A DNA stretch of 64,000 nt, taken from contig JAFMDS010000006.1 of assembly GCA_017857175.1 (NCBI GenBank), forward strand, positions 575 through 64,574. Direction: 5' to 3'. Made by a program: the position numbers and the translations under genes. Under the pieces are notes generated by a model. The model was not told the origin of the DNA and did no database searches. It saw only the letters and a program-made list of their open reading frames with translations. This stretch comes from Candidatus Nanopelagicales bacterium. GTDB lineage: Bacteria > Actinomycetota > Actinomycetes > S36-B12. Positions 39,607 to 51,211 of the stretch are shown one piece after another; positions within the stretch are counted from its first letter, which is position 1; each line of letters starts with the position of its first letter.

Positions 39607-41565
39607 GTGTCCCTGTCTGACGGAGTTAAGCGATTAGTTCTGGGTCGGGCCTTGCGCAGCGATCGACTCGCTGAGACCCTGCTTCCCAAGAGAATCGCCT
39701 TGCCGGTATTTGCAAGCGATGCGCTTTCATCCAATGCATATGCGACGCAAGAGATTTTACTCGTCCTGTCCCTCGGTGGCGCTAGCCTCTTTGCTTTTGG
39801 GCCATGGATTGCGGCTGCCGTGGTCCTTGTCTATTTCACCGTCATCGCCTCTTACAGACAAAATGTTCGTGCCTATCCCAACGGCGGAGGAGATTACGAC
39901 GTAGTCTCAGCAAACCTCGGTCCTCGTTGGGGAGTTTTCGTGGCGAGTGCGCTGCTGATTGATTATGTCCTCACGGTTGCCGTTTCCATCTCAGCTGCCG
40001 TAGCAAATCTTGGGTCAACGATCCATTTCGTGGAATTACACAATGTGTGGTTTGCGGTGGCCATTACCGTCATAATCATGCTTCTGAACCTCAGAGGGGT
40101 AAAAGAGTCGGGTGCTCTGTTCGCGATACCGACTTATATTTTTATTGGAAGCATTTTCATCATGATCGGAACTGCTGTTTTTCGAGGTGTCCGCGGGGAC
40201 ACGATGATGGCAGAGAGCGCGACGTGGGAGGTTGCCCAACAAAATGCAATTACGGGGTTGGCTCTTGTGTTCCTTGTCGCACGATCATTCTCATCGGGAA
40301 CAACGGCGCTGACGGGGATTGAGGCTGTGGCCAATGGGGTTCCGTCATTCCGTGAGCCTAAGTCGAAGAATGCCGCCACGACTTTACTGTTGCTAGGCGT
40401 AATCAGTATGGCCATGTTCAGTGGTATTACTTGGTTAGCGATTAAGACGGGTGTCAAGGTCACTCCGAACGATGCCAACCTTATTGGCCTGCCCGATGGT
40501 CAGGCGCAAAAAACAGTCATTGTTCAGGTGGCGGGTGCTGTCTTCGAGAACGCGACTTGGGCTGTATTAGGCATATCTCTGGCAACAGCCTTGATTTTGG
40601 CCTTGGCCGCCAACACGGCATTCAACGGCTTTCCCGTTATGGGATCTATATTGGCGCGTGACGGATACCTGCCGCGGCAATTGCACACCAGGGGGGACCG
40701 ACTTGCTTACAGCAACGGAATTGTAGTTCTCGCTGCCTTGGCCATCATTCTCATCGTATTTTTCCAGGCAGATGTGACGAAGCTTATTCAGCTTTACATC
40801 ATTGGCGTATTCATCGCGTTCACTCTCAGTCAGTTCGGCATGATTAGACACTGGAGTCGACGACTCAAGTCTGAAACCAATGAACAGGAGAGGGTTCGGT
40901 CGATTCGATCGCGCGTGGTGAATACGTTCGGGTTCGGCATGACCGGCACGGTTCTGGTGATCGTCATTCTGACAAAGTTTTCCAATGGAGCATGGATAGT
41001 CCTGGTGGCGCTTCCGATCATTTTCTTTGGAATGTTGGGCATTAATCGGCACTACGAAACCGTGCGTCGAGAACTCTCGACACTTGAGACCGATCAGGTG
41101 ACTCTGCCAGCTCGTGTACACGCGCTCGTCCTAGTTTCCAAGATTCACAAACCCACGCTCCGCGCTATTGCATACGCTCGGGCAAGTCGCCCAAATGTGA
41201 TTGAAGCGTTGACTGTTAACGTGGACGATGCAGAATCGGCGCTCCTGGAAGAGGAGTGGACGCGCCGAGGAATTCCTGTGACCTTAAAGATCCTTGACTC
41301 TCCGTATCGCGAGATAACTCGACCAATAATCCAGTACGTGAAAGAACTTCGATCAGAGTCTCCAAATGATCTCATCGCTGTTTTTATACCGCAATATGTT
41401 GTAGGTCATTGGTGGGAGCAAATACTGCATAATCAGTCTGCCCTTCGACTCAAAAGCAGGCTTTTATTTTCAAACTCAGTCATGGTTATCAGCGTTCCGT
41501 GGCAGCTGGAATCTAGCGAGAAAAGTTTGGACAATGATTTTGAAAATGAGTCCAGTGGTGAATGA
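39607..41565 (+). CDS. APC-family permease (KimA/YdaO-like)
   Basis: FASDALSS.AY, YP.GGG.Y, LTVAVS, LTGIEA..NG, C-terminal SPYR cytoplasmic domain; divergent from the trkA pair. Confidence 0.88.
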   Translation: MSLSDGVKRLVLGRALRSDRLAETLLPKRIALPVFASDALSSNAYATQEILLVLSLGGASLFAFGPWIAAAVVLVYFTVIASYRQNVRAYPNGGGDYDVVSANLGPRWGVFVASALLIDYVLTVAVSISAAVANLGSTIHFVELHNVWFAVAITVIIMLLNLRGVKESGALFAIPTYIFIGSIFIMIGTAVFRGVRGDTMMAESATWEVAQQNAITGLALVFLVARSFSSGTTALTGIEAVANGVPSFREPKSKNAATTLLLLGVISMAMFSGITWLAIKTGVKVTPNDANLIGLPDGQAQKTVIVQVAGAVFENATWAVLGISLATALILALAANTAFNGFPVMGSILARDGYLPRQLHTRGDRLAYSNGIVVLAALAIILIVFFQADVTKLIQLYIIGVFIAFTLSQFGMIRHWSRRLKSETNEQERVRSIRSRVVNTFGFGMTGTVLVIVILTKFSNGAWIVLVALPIIFFGMLGINRHYETVRRELSTLETDQVTLPARVHALVLVSKIHKPTLRAIAYARASRPNVIEALTVNVDDAESALLEEEWTRRGIPVTLKILDSPYREITRPIIQYVKELRSESPNDLIAVFIPQYVVGHWWEQILHNQSALRLKSRLLFSNSVMVISVPWQLESSEKSLDNDFENESSGE

Positions 41566-42802
41566 TAAGGACACGCGTCCTCCGATTACTCCGCTTGCCA
41601 TCGATCAAGAAATTGAGGTTGTCATTGGGCCGATTGCTCACGGAGGGCACTTCATTGCTCACGCGTTGGGCAACACCATTTTTGTCCGTGGGGGCATTAC
41701 GGGTGAACGGGTCATAATTCGCATCAGTGCAAAACGAAAAAGGATCTATAACGCGGTCGTGACAACCGTATTGGATGCCAGTCCTGATCGTGTTTCCCCG
41801 ATCTGTTCATCCAGCGGAAAGTGCGGTGGATGCGATTTTCAGTACATCGCCCCCGATGTACAGCGGCAACTGAAGTTGCAGGTGCTCCAGGAGTCGTTGG
41901 TGCGCTTTTCAGGCCTTGATCAGGAGCAGATACAGGCAATTTTGCCAACTGAAATTGTGCTCCTAGGGGCAAATGCAGGTGAGGCGAGTCGATCTCGAGC
42001 CCGATTCATGTGGGATGGGCAGTGGAATATGCGAGGCTATATGAACGCAGAACTAATTCCGACTCCACATTGCACCGTTATCTCTGAGCCAATGCGATCA
42101 ACAATGGCCGAGGTTGCCAAGGCGTTACCTGTCGTTGAGTCGGGCACGGCAGTCGAATACTCATTTGTTGAAGGTGACAGTGGTGTGAGTGTTGAAGCTA
42201 TGGGTCGTCCGGTTATGGGACCACCCAAAGTTGTGCATTCATATAACGGCTTTACCTACCGCACACCAGTTTCAAGCTTCTGGCAGTCTAACCCTGAACT
42301 CATCGGGTCGGTGATGGGTTTCTTGGATTCACATCTGGCTGTGGAATCTGGCCAGCGGTGGTGGGATCTCTACAGTGGTGCGGGTGTGTTCGCCGGTTAT
42401 CTATGTCAACGTGTAGGCATTACAGGGAGCGTTTTTTCGGTTGAGGGGGATCGGCAGGGAAGCCAATCGGCTAAGCGCGCATTCCACGACTGTCAAAATA
42501 TTTCAGTGGTCAATGCCGATGTCCAGGATTTTCTCAATACGATTGAAAACACTCAGTGGATCGATGGTGTGTTGCTTGATCCACCGCGAGTAGGCGCGGG
42601 GCAATTGGTGTGCGAACGAATCGTCGAGCTCTCACCAGGACTCATTGCGTATCTTGCCTGCGATCCGGTGGCACTCTCGAGGGACATTGAACTTCTTTCT
42701 TCCCACTATCGACTCACAAAATTGGCTGCGTACGATGCGTTTCCCATGACCCATCATTTTGAGACTGTCGCACTCCTCGAACGCAGGAGCAATTTATCTT
42801 GA
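41534..42802 (+). CDS. TRAM-domain RNA (uracil-5)-methyltransferase, RlmD/TrmA family
   Basis: AHGG, CGGCDFQ, SFWQ, DLYSGAG, LDPPR, ACDP, FPMTHHFE; start may be a GTG at 41555/41558. Confidence 0.9.
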   Translation: MILKMSPVVNDKDTRPPITPLAIDQEIEVVIGPIAHGGHFIAHALGNTIFVRGGITGERVIIRISAKRKRIYNAVVTTVLDASPDRVSPICSSSGKCGGCDFQYIAPDVQRQLKLQVLQESLVRFSGLDQEQIQAILPTEIVLLGANAGEASRSRARFMWDGQWNMRGYMNAELIPTPHCTVISEPMRSTMAEVAKALPVVESGTAVEYSFVEGDSGVSVEAMGRPVMGPPKVVHSYNGFTYRTPVSSFWQSNPELIGSVMGFLDSHLAVESGQRWWDLYSGAGVFAGYLCQRVGITGSVFSVEGDRQGSQSAKRAFHDCQNISVVNADVQDFLNTIENTQWIDGVLLDPPRVGAGQLVCERIVELSPGLIAYLACDPVALSRDIELLSSHYRLTKLAAYDAFPMTHHFETVALLERRSNLS

Positions 42803-42837
42803 CGTCAAGATAAATGTGATATCTTTACGTCACGCGC
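42792..42837. promoter_or_regulatory. TamR-type operator upstream of aconitase
   Basis: Perfect 24-bp palindrome ATTTATCTTGACGTCAAGATAAAT (42792-42815) plus a partial second copy TATCTTTACGTCA at 42820. Confidence 0.75.
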
Positions 42838-42868
42838 AATAAGTGCCGCGCTCACACTTGGAGGCATC

Positions 42869-45526
42869 ATGACCAGCCTAGATTCTTTTTCCGCCCGAGA
42901 AACTTTGCGTGTGGGCGATGCAGAGTTCGAAATTTTTGCGATTGATGCCGTGCCAGGGGCTGGCAAATTGCCCTTCACCCACAAGATATTGCTCGAAAAC
43001 CTCCTGAGGAACGAAGACGGTGCGAACGTCACGCGGGAGACGATCAATAGCCTGGGTTCCTGGAACCCCAACGAGGATCCCAAGGATGAAATTCAGTTCA
43101 CCCCCGCGCGAGTAGTCATGCAGGATTTCACGGGCGTACCTGTCGTGGTAGATCTAGCCACGATGCGTGAAGCCGTCATCGCACTTGGCGGGGATCCATC
43201 GAAAATTGAGCCTTTGAATCCATCAGAGTTAGTTATTGACCACTCTGTGATAGCTGATTTTTTTGGACACAAAGATTCGGCCGCTCGAAATGTCGAGCTC
43301 GAATATGAACGAAATCGCGAGCGTTATCAATTTTTGCGCTGGGGCCAAGGGGCTTTTGAGGAATTCAAAGTGGTTCCACCCGGTACCGGAATTGTTCACC
43401 AGGTAAATATCGAAAACCTTGCTCGGGTGGTCATGGCGCGCGGTGGAGTTGCTTACCCGGACACGGTCGTTGGGACGGATTCACACACCACCATGGTGAA
43501 TGGCCTAGGCGTCCTTGGTTGGGGTGTAGGCGGAATTGAAGCTGAAGCCGCCATGCTGGGTCAGCCTGTTTCCATGCTAATCCCTCGTGTGGTCGGCTTC
43601 AAATTGACAGGGCAATTACCCGCGGGTGCTACTGCAACGGATCTCGTTCTAACGATCACAGAGATGTTGCGTGAACACGGGGTCGTGGGCAAATTCGTTG
43701 AATTCTATGGTGAAGGCGTTGGCCAAGTGTCACTCGCCAATCGTGCAACTATTGGCAACATGAGTCCTGAATATGGCAGCACCGTGGCGATATTCCCCAT
43801 TGATCAGGTAACCCTCGACTACTTGGAACTCACAGGTCGAACCGCCGAAAGTATTGCGCTGGTGAAGGCATATGCACAACGTCAAGGACTGTGGCATGAC
43901 CACGAAAATGAGCCCACATATTCCGAACTTCTTGAGCTTGACGTGGCCACTGTGGTTCCAAGCATTGCAGGCCCCAAGCGTCCACAGGACCGAATAGCAC
44001 TCGCTGACGCAAAACCCGCATTTGCTCGATCCCTTATTGACTACACCAATAGTCCCGAGCGCGTCGCGAAATTCGAACTTGGGGGAGAGCCGATCACGAT
44101 AGGGCATGGTGCGGTAACTGTCGCCGCTATTACCTCATGCACGAATACATCGAATCCGGCCGTCATGATTGGCGCGGGGCTTTTGGCACGCAATGCCGTG
44201 AACAAAGGGCTGCAATCCAAGCCGTGGGTGAAAACGACATTGGCTCCTGGGTCAAAAGTTGTTACCGACTACTATGAAAAATCAGGGTTACAGCCGTACT
44301 TGGATAAACTCGGTTTCAACACCGTCGGATATGGCTGCACAACATGCATTGGAAACTCAGGTCCATTGATCGCAGAGGTTTCCGCTGCGGTAAACGAGCA
44401 GGACTTGGCAGTGACTGCGGTTTTGAGTGGAAACAGAAATTTCGAAGGCCGCATCAACCCTGATATCAAAATGAATTATCTTGCATCCCCGCCGCTAGTG
44501 GTCGCATACGCCATTGCGGGCACCATGGATATAGACATTCTGAAGGATCCATTGGGAAATGACCCTGATGGTGCACCGGTATTCCTTGCCGATATCTGGC
44601 CAAGTGCTGCTGAAATTGAATCAGTGATATCCCAGTCGATTGATACAGACATGTTTACTCGCAGATACGCGGACGTCTTCGCGGGGGACGTAACCTGGCA
44701 AACGCTTCCCACGCCGACAGATGATGTGTTCCAGTGGGATCCCAAGAGCACATATGTGCGAAAGCCCCCATACTTCGATGGCATGAAGGTCAGCCCCGAT
44801 CCGGTGACCGACATTGTGGGTGCACGTGTTTTGGCCAAGTTGGGCGACTCCGTGACCACCGACCATATATCTCCTGCCGGTTCCATCAAAGCTGATTCCC
44901 CTGCTGGCGCATATCTCGCCGATCACGGTGTTGAACGCAAAGACTTCAATTCCTACGGCTCTCGCAGAGGAAACCACGAGGTCATGATTCGTGGCACATT
45001 TGCCAATATTCGGCTTAAAAACCTGTTGCTTACTGGTGTTGAGGGTGGGTTCACCATCGATTTCAATGATCCTGACATGCAAGTGACAACGATCTTTGAT
45101 GCCGCCCAGTCTTATCACTCGTCCGGAACACCCTTGGTTATTTTAGCGGGCAAAGAGTATGGTTCGGGATCCAGTCGTGACTGGGCAGCGAAGGGCACGG
45201 CACTTTTAGGCGTTAAAGCCGTTATAGCCGAGTCATATGAAAGAATCCACCGATCCAATTTGATCGGCATGGGAGTGCTGCCACTGCAATATCAGCCCGG
45301 GCAAAGTGCATCAAGCCTTGGGCTCGAGGGCGATGAAGTATTCACCATAAAGGGTGTCACTGAACTCAACCAAGGTATAACACCCACTTCGCTCATGGTT
45401 GAGGCTGCGCGCTCCGATGGACGAGTGGTCGAATTTTCTGCGGTACTGCGAATTGATACTCCAGGAGAAGCTGATTACTACCGCAACGGTGGAATTTTGC
45501 AGTACGTTCTGCGCTCATTGCTGTGA
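42869..45526 (+). CDS. acnA: Aconitate hydratase A
   Basis: [61 protein letters not shown]. Confidence 0.97.
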   Translation: MTSLDSFSARETLRVGDAEFEIFAIDAVPGAGKLPFTHKILLENLLRNEDGANVTRETINSLGSWNPNEDPKDEIQFTPARVVMQDFTGVPVVVDLATMREAVIALGGDPSKIEPLNPSELVIDHSVIADFFGHKDSAARNVELEYERNRERYQFLRWGQGAFEEFKVVPPGTGIVHQVNIENLARVVMARGGVAYPDTVVGTDSHTTMVNGLGVLGWGVGGIEAEAAMLGQPVSMLIPRVVGFKLTGQLPAGATATDLVLTITEMLREHGVVGKFVEFYGEGVGQVSLANRATIGNMSPEYGSTVAIFPIDQVTLDYLELTGRTAESIALVKAYAQRQGLWHDHENEPTYSELLELDVATVVPSIAGPKRPQDRIALADAKPAFARSLIDYTNSPERVAKFELGGEPITIGHGAVTVAAITSCTNTSNPAVMIGAGLLARNAVNKGLQSKPWVKTTLAPGSKVVTDYYEKSGLQPYLDKLGFNTVGYGCTTCIGNSGPLIAEVSAAVNEQDLAVTAVLSGNRNFEGRINPDIKMNYLASPPLVVAYAIAGTMDIDILKDPLGNDPDGAPVFLADIWPSAAEIESVISQSIDTDMFTRRYADVFAGDVTWQTLPTPTDDVFQWDPKSTYVRKPPYFDGMKVSPDPVTDIVGARVLAKLGDSVTTDHISPAGSIKADSPAGAYLADHGVERKDFNSYGSRRGNHEVMIRGTFANIRLKNLLLTGVEGGFTIDFNDPDMQVTTIFDAAQSYHSSGTPLVILAGKEYGSGSSRDWAAKGTALLGVKAVIAESYERIHRSNLIGMGVLPLQYQPGQSASSLGLEGDEVFTIKGVTELNQGITPTSLMVEAARSDGRVVEFSAVLRIDTPGEADYYRNGGILQYVLRSLL

Positions 45527-45548
45527 TCAGAGGGTAAGAGTCTAGGAC

Positions 45549-45917
45549 ATGAAACCGCCCGGCTGGCCAGTTGATTTGGTTGAACCCAATGACCCCGACT
45601 TTGATCCGCGTGTTGTGCGCTGGCTCCTTGACCTGCTTCCGGGAGAGATCCGTCAAAGTGCTGTTGCAAAAGACGCCACTGCGCTCGTGTGGTTAGTCGC
45701 GGAGCAAACGTCTGCACAGATTGAGCTCTATCGGTCGCTCTACGCACGCGCCCGAGGAGAAGCCGCAACCGAGGCGGTAGACCCGTTGTTAGAGGCAATT
45801 AGTGCAGTTGGGGCCAATCTTGTGCGACAGGATCGGGAGATTGCATTGATCGCTCGGGAAATTGGGCGCCAGAGGGCTCTCCACGGGGGCCAAATTCAGC
45901 AGATGCACCTAGACTAG
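45549..45917 (+). CDS. Conserved hypothetical protein
   Basis: PPGWP...P....WLLDLLP.E.R motif; fills the gap between acnA and dxs. Confidence 0.65.
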   Translation: MKPPGWPVDLVEPNDPDFDPRVVRWLLDLLPGEIRQSAVAKDATALVWLVAEQTSAQIELYRSLYARARGEAATEAVDPLLEAISAVGANLVRQDREIALIAREIGRQRALHGGQIQQMHLD

Positions 45918-45921
45918 AGCG

Positions 45922-47838
45922 GTGGCAATTCTCCAGACAATCAAAGATCCGCGGGATCTACGAGCGCTAGATCAAGAACGGTTGCCGGAACTCGCTGCAG
46001 AGATTCGTTCGTTTTTGGTTGAAAAGGTGTCGGCCACTGGTGGACATTTGGGCCCAAACCTAGGTGTGGTGGAACTTTCCATCGCTTTGCATCGAGTTTT
46101 TCGATCCCCAGCTGACATGATTATCTGGGACACAGGGCATCAGTCATACGTCCACAAAATTTTGACGGGTCGCGCAGCAGATTTCGACTCCCTGCGGCAA
46201 GAAAATGGATTAAGTGGTTATCCCAGCCGCTCTGAAAGTGACCACGACCTGGTTGAGAATTCCCATGCTTCGACAGCTTTGTCCTATGCCGATGGACTTG
46301 CCAAGGCTTGGCAGCAGCGTCGCATTTTGGGCGAACAGCACGTTGTGGCAGTCATCGGTGACGGGGCTCTAACAGGCGGTATGGCATGGGAAGCCTTGAA
46401 CAATATAGCCGCGGCAGATAGACCCTTGGTAATCGTCGTGAACGACAATGCACGTTCATACTCCCCAACAATTGGAGGGCTTGCGCACCATCTGTCAACC
46501 CTGAGAACGGCTCCGAGCTATGAAAAAGTTATGGGTTGGGGTAAGCGTGTATTGCACAAGACTCCGCTGGTGGGTGAGCCAATCTATGACGCTTTACATG
46601 GCATGAAAAAGGGTGTGAAAGATGTTGTTGCGCCGCAGGGCATGTTTGAGGACTTAGGCCTGAAATACATAGGTCCTATCGATGGACACAACGAAGCTGA
46701 GCTTGAATTCGCACTCACGCGGGCGAGAGATTTCGCGGGGCCCGTCATCGTTCATGCCATTACACATAAGGGTCATGGTTACGCCCCCGCTGAAAATGAC
46801 GAGGCCGATCGATTCCACGGTGTTGGGGTAATTGATCCCGACACGGGCAAACCGTTGACCTCGGCAGGTCCAACGTGGACCCAAGCGTTTGCCAATGAAA
46901 TGGTTGCGATCGGTGGCGATCGTAAAGACGTTGTTGCCATTACCGCTGCAATGCTCGGTCCCACGGGTCTGGACCTCTTCGCTCAGACCTACCCTGACAG
47001 GATTTTTGACGTGGGAATAGCCGAACAGCATGCGGCAACCAGTGCCGCGGGGATGGCCTATGGCGGATTGCACCCGGTCGTCGCGCTCTATGCAACCTTC
47101 CTGAATCGAGCATTTGACCAGGTGCTGCTGGACTGTGCACTGCATAAAGCTGGTGTCACATTTGTGTTGGACAGAGCAGGCGTTACAGGGGATGACGGTG
47201 CGAGCCACAACGGAGTCTGGGATATGTCCATGCTGCAGGTGGTGCCTGGTTTGCAGATCGCGGCACCAAGGGATGAATTCACCCTCAAACGAGCTCTACG
47301 CGAGGCAATTCAGGTCGATGACGCCCCCACAGTTGTCCGCTTCTCAAAGGGAGCGTTGCCTGCCCCGATTCCTGCCCTCTCTCATGGTGAGGACATTGAC
47401 GTGCTCGCGGTTCATGGTGCTGGAGAAGTACTCATTGTCGCGGTCGGTGCCTTCGCACAATTGGGACTAGATGTTGCAGAGGGGTTACAGGCCCAAGGAA
47501 TTGGCTCTCAGGTGATCGATCCTCGTTGGGTTAAGCCAATTTCCCAGGAAGTGATTGAACAAGCAGCTCGTTCGTCACTCGTGATTGTTCTGGAGGATGG
47601 AATTCGCGTCGGTGGCGTGGGGGCGGCAATCGGTCAGGAACTCCGGGACGCTGACTGTGACGTACCGCTGCGTAACTTTGGAACCCCACTTGAATTCCTG
47701 AATCACGCAAAGCGTGCATCAATCTTGGTCGAGACTGGATTGACGTCCCAGGCGATTACGCGTGAAATCACCGAGTTGATGGCGCAAAAGGCTGGCGCCG
47801 AATCCGAAGAATCCGAATCCGGCGCCATAGTCGATTAA
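45922..47838 (+). CDS. dxs: 1-deoxy-D-xylulose-5-phosphate synthase
   Basis: [44 protein letters not shown]. Confidence 0.97.
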   Translation: MAILQTIKDPRDLRALDQERLPELAAEIRSFLVEKVSATGGHLGPNLGVVELSIALHRVFRSPADMIIWDTGHQSYVHKILTGRAADFDSLRQENGLSGYPSRSESDHDLVENSHASTALSYADGLAKAWQQRRILGEQHVVAVIGDGALTGGMAWEALNNIAAADRPLVIVVNDNARSYSPTIGGLAHHLSTLRTAPSYEKVMGWGKRVLHKTPLVGEPIYDALHGMKKGVKDVVAPQGMFEDLGLKYIGPIDGHNEAELEFALTRARDFAGPVIVHAITHKGHGYAPAENDEADRFHGVGVIDPDTGKPLTSAGPTWTQAFANEMVAIGGDRKDVVAITAAMLGPTGLDLFAQTYPDRIFDVGIAEQHAATSAAGMAYGGLHPVVALYATFLNRAFDQVLLDCALHKAGVTFVLDRAGVTGDDGASHNGVWDMSMLQVVPGLQIAAPRDEFTLKRALREAIQVDDAPTVVRFSKGALPAPIPALSHGEDIDVLAVHGAGEVLIVAVGAFAQLGLDVAEGLQAQGIGSQVIDPRWVKPISQEVIEQAARSSLVIVLEDGIRVGGVGAAIGQELRDADCDVPLRNFGTPLEFLNHAKRASILVETGLTSQAITREITELMAQKAGAESEESESGAIVD

Positions 47839-47853
47839 TCTTTAGTTTGCTCC

Positions 47854-49932
47854 TTATGCGGGGACACTTGCAATCCCGCGCGCCAAAAATGGAGTTTTTG
47901 AGATTCCGCTACGATCGAGGTAGGGCGTGATCCCGCCCAACCAGAATGGCCAACCTGCGCCAAGAATCATGCATAGGTCAATATCCTGTGGCTCGGACAC
48001 TACGCCTTCATCGAGCATGATTCGTGCTTCTTCTTCCACAGCGATGAGTGCGCGGTTGAGAATTTGATCGGGTGTCATCGTGCTCGGGGAATCTCCAAAG
48101 ATCGTTGCAACCCGGGGATCGAGAGTCTTGTTTCCCTTGTCATCCCATTGCCATACACCAGGAATTCCTTGGGAAACGAGTTCACCCATTTTTTCGGAGA
48201 CGTGGAAGCGCTCCGGATAATGACCATTGAGGGTTTGTGCAACATGCTGTGCGACCGCGGGTCCAACCATTTGCACAAGTACGAATGGTTCCATGGGTAG
48301 GCCGAGAGCATGGACGGCTGCATCTGCGTCAGCAAAACTCGCTCCCTCGTCAACGCAATGAATAATTTCACCCAAGAACCTATTCAGGAGCCGGTTGACC
48401 ACAAATGCGGGCGCGTCTGCTACGAGGACGCAGGACTTCTTGAGACCTTTACCGACCGCGAAAGCAGTTGCTAATGACGCATCATCCGTTTGCTGTGCCC
48501 GTGCGATCTCGAGGAGAGGCATGAGTGCAACGGGGTTAAAGAAGTGGAAGCCAACTACGCGCTCTGGGTATTTCAGGTCCTTGGCCATTTCCGATACGGA
48601 CAACGAGGATGTATTGGTGGCGAGGATGCATTCAGGTGTGACAACCTCTTCGACCTGGGCAAAAACAGTCTTTTTGACATCCATCTGCTCAAAAACAGCT
48701 TCTATGACGAAGTCGGCATCAGCGAATCCATCCTTTGATGTCGAGCCCGTGATTAATGCTTTGAGTCTATTTGCCTTGTCTGGAGAGAGGCGTCCTTTGC
48801 CCAGGAGTTTGTCTATTTCCCCGTGCGCATAAGCGACACCTTTTTCAACACGCACTTGATCGAGGTCGGTCATGATTACCGGAACCTTGAGTTGACGGGC
48901 AAAAAGAAGCGCTAACTGGCTAGCCATCAGGCCAGCCCCAACGATCCCGACCTTCTTGACCGGGCGGGCTAGTGATTTGTCCGGAACTCCAACCGGTTTT
49001 TTGGCGCGGCGTTGTACTAAATCAAATGAATAGAGCGAGGCGCGCACCGCGTCAGTCATCACGAGATCGGTAAGTGCTTCATCCTCGGCATCGAATCCTT
49101 GGCTTCGGGTGTTTGTCTTAGCGGCAGCCACTAGATCCAATGCGATGTAGGGAGCTCGGGTTGCCCCATGAATGCGTGCATCCACCTGCGAGCGATAACC
49201 CTCGACAACGGCATCCCACGTTGAACGATCTATTTCCGCGCGGGGTACGTCAATGTCACCTTTGACAACCTTTGCCGCCCAAAGTATGGATTGCTCCAGG
49301 AAATCAGCTGGTTCCAGAACAATGTCCATCACCCCGAGCCGAAGTGCATCTTTGGGTTTCATCTGCTTGTTCTGACTCATCGAGTTAGAAATAATTACCT
49401 CGAGCGCATTAGCCGGGCCAACGAGATTGGGAAGCAGCCAAGCGCCACCCCAGCCGGGGATAATCCCCAGGAATACCTCTGGCAGTGACAGTGCAGCAGC
49501 GTCCGCTGAGACGGACCTGTAATTGCAATGGAGAGCAAGCTCGAGCCCACCACCCATTGCGGCCCCGTTCACAAATGCGAATGTGGGAACTTTCTGCTCA
49601 CCAAATCGACGCATGACATCGTGACCAAGTTTGCCGAAGGAGGCGATGATGCTTGGATCGTTTACAAGGCTCATTGCAGATAAATCCGCGCCGACCGCAA
49701 AAATGAATGGTTTGCCTGTCACGGCAATGGCGGCAATATCTGGCTGAGCGTTAATTTCATCGAGAGCTGTGTTGATTGACGCAAGGCCGCCAGGTCCAAA
49801 GGTTGATGGACGGGTGTGATCCTTGCCGTTGTCCAACGTGATGAGTGCCATTGTTCCGGCACCCAAGGGCATTTCTATATAACGCACACGTGCGTGGGTC
49901 ACTACCTCATTGGGATTGTCGGGTGTACTCAT
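47854..49932 (-). CDS. Bifunctional enoyl-CoA hydratase / 3-hydroxyacyl-CoA dehydrogenase
   Basis: FAVGADL, GGGLE, PEV.LG, GAGLMA, IEAVFE, TNTSSL, HFFNP. Confidence 0.92.
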   Translation of the reverse strand: MSTPDNPNEVVTHARVRYIEMPLGAGTMALITLDNGKDHTRPSTFGPGGLASINTALDEINAQPDIAAIAVTGKPFIFAVGADLSAMSLVNDPSIIASFGKLGHDVMRRFGEQKVPTFAFVNGAAMGGGLELALHCNYRSVSADAAALSLPEVFLGIIPGWGGAWLLPNLVGPANALEVIISNSMSQNKQMKPKDALRLGVMDIVLEPADFLEQSILWAAKVVKGDIDVPRAEIDRSTWDAVVEGYRSQVDARIHGATRAPYIALDLVAAAKTNTRSQGFDAEDEALTDLVMTDAVRASLYSFDLVQRRAKKPVGVPDKSLARPVKKVGIVGAGLMASQLALLFARQLKVPVIMTDLDQVRVEKGVAYAHGEIDKLLGKGRLSPDKANRLKALITGSTSKDGFADADFVIEAVFEQMDVKKTVFAQVEEVVTPECILATNTSSLSVSEMAKDLKYPERVVGFHFFNPVALMPLLEIARAQQTDDASLATAFAVGKGLKKSCVLVADAPAFVVNRLLNRFLGEIIHCVDEGASFADADAAVHALGLPMEPFVLVQMVGPAVAQHVAQTLNGHYPERFHVSEKMGELVSQGIPGVWQWDDKGNKTLDPRVATIFGDSPSTMTPDQILNRALIAVEEEARIMLDEGVVSEPQDIDLCMILGAGWPFWLGGITPYLDRSGISKTPFLARGIASVPA

Positions 49933-49934
49933 GA

Positions 49935-51122
49935 TTAGTTACTTCCTGTCAGATTTTCCCAGATGACGGTGCCACCCATGCCCAAACCAATACACATTGT
50001 TGTTATTCCATATTTTGCTTGCGGATTCATTTCAAAGTCCTTTGCAAGATTGGACATCAATCGGATGCCACTTGACGCCAAAGGATGGCCGACTGCAATC
50101 GCACCGCCCATGGGGTTAACCCGGGGATCGTCATCGGCAATGCCGAAGTGGTCAAGGAATGCGAGAACCTGAACCGCGAATGCCTCGTTCACCTCAAAAA
50201 GATCGATGTCTTGTATTGACAGTCCTGCTTTTAATAGAGCCTTCTCTGTACTGGGAACTGGGCCCACTCCCATTACTTCGGGTTCGACACCTGCAAATGC
50301 AAACCCGACCATACGCATCTTCTTGCTCAGTCCGTGGTCATCGGCGAAACTCTCACTGGACAATATGGCCGCCGTGGCGCCGTCAGAGAGGCCTGACGCG
50401 TTACCCGCTGTGACCCGACCGTGTGGCCTGAAGGGAGTCTTGAGAGTTGCCAATCCTTCAAGGGAAGTTCCCGGCCGTGGGGATTCGTCCTCGGTAACAA
50501 GTGTGACCCCAAGTTCGGCAGACCGGGCTGCGACCGGAACCAGATCAGGCTGGATAAGTCCGTTTGCGTAGGCCTTTGCGGTCTTCTCTTGTGACGCCAG
50601 AGCGAAAAGGTCCGCGCGCTCCTTGGTTAGGTGAGGGAACCTGTCGTGGAGGTTCTCAGCTGTCGCCCCCATCTGCATTGCATCAGGGTCAACCAATCGT
50701 TCGGAGAGATATCGGGGATTGGGATCAACGCCCTCACCCATGGGGTGATGAGTCATGTGTTCCACGCCGCCAGCAATGGCGAGGTCATACGCACCCGCCA
50801 TGATCGCTCCTGAAAGAGTGGTCACGGCCGTCATGGCTCCTGCGCACCATCGATCAATGGAGTAGCCGGGTACCGAAGAAGGTAGGCCGGCCAGAAGTGA
50901 AACTGAGCGACCAATATTCATGCCTTGGTCTCCGCTTTGCGTTGCAGCGGCTATTGCGACATCGTCGATCTTGTCAGCAGGGACGTTGGGATTGCGCCTT
51001 AATAGCTCTCGAATCACTTTGACCATCAGGTCATCGGCGCGCGTTTCGGCATACAGGCTTTTGGCGCGAGCAAATGGGGTGCGGGCACCGTCAACAAAGA
51101 CAACATTTTCACGTTGGGTCAT
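49935..51122 (-). CDS. fadA: Acetyl-CoA acyltransferase (thiolase)
   Basis: DRWCAG, TAGNAS...DGA, NEAFA, GHPLASSG, CIGLGMG. Confidence 0.92.
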   Translation of the reverse strand: MTQRENVVFVDGARTPFARAKSLYAETRADDLMVKVIRELLRRNPNVPADKIDDVAIAAATQSGDQGMNIGRSVSLLAGLPSSVPGYSIDRWCAGAMTAVTTLSGAIMAGAYDLAIAGGVEHMTHHPMGEGVDPNPRYLSERLVDPDAMQMGATAENLHDRFPHLTKERADLFALASQEKTAKAYANGLIQPDLVPVAARSAELGVTLVTEDESPRPGTSLEGLATLKTPFRPHGRVTAGNASGLSDGATAAILSSESFADDHGLSKKMRMVGFAFAGVEPEVMGVGPVPSTEKALLKAGLSIQDIDLFEVNEAFAVQVLAFLDHFGIADDDPRVNPMGGAIAVGHPLASSGIRLMSNLAKDFEMNPQAKYGITTMCIGLGMGGTVIWENLTGSN

Positions 51123-51147
51123 GGGATCCTCCTCAGGAAAAGCCTAT

Positions 51148-51163
51148 GTTACTGGCTAGTAAC
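51148..51163. promoter_or_regulatory. Palindromic operator upstream of the beta-oxidation operon
   Basis: GTTACT-GGCT-AGTAAC about 25 bp upstream of the thiolase start. Confidence 0.6.
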
Positions 51164-51211
51164 TTATCTCGCCATGGTTCCTGGAAATTGAAGGTTTGTG
51201 TCGCAACCCGG

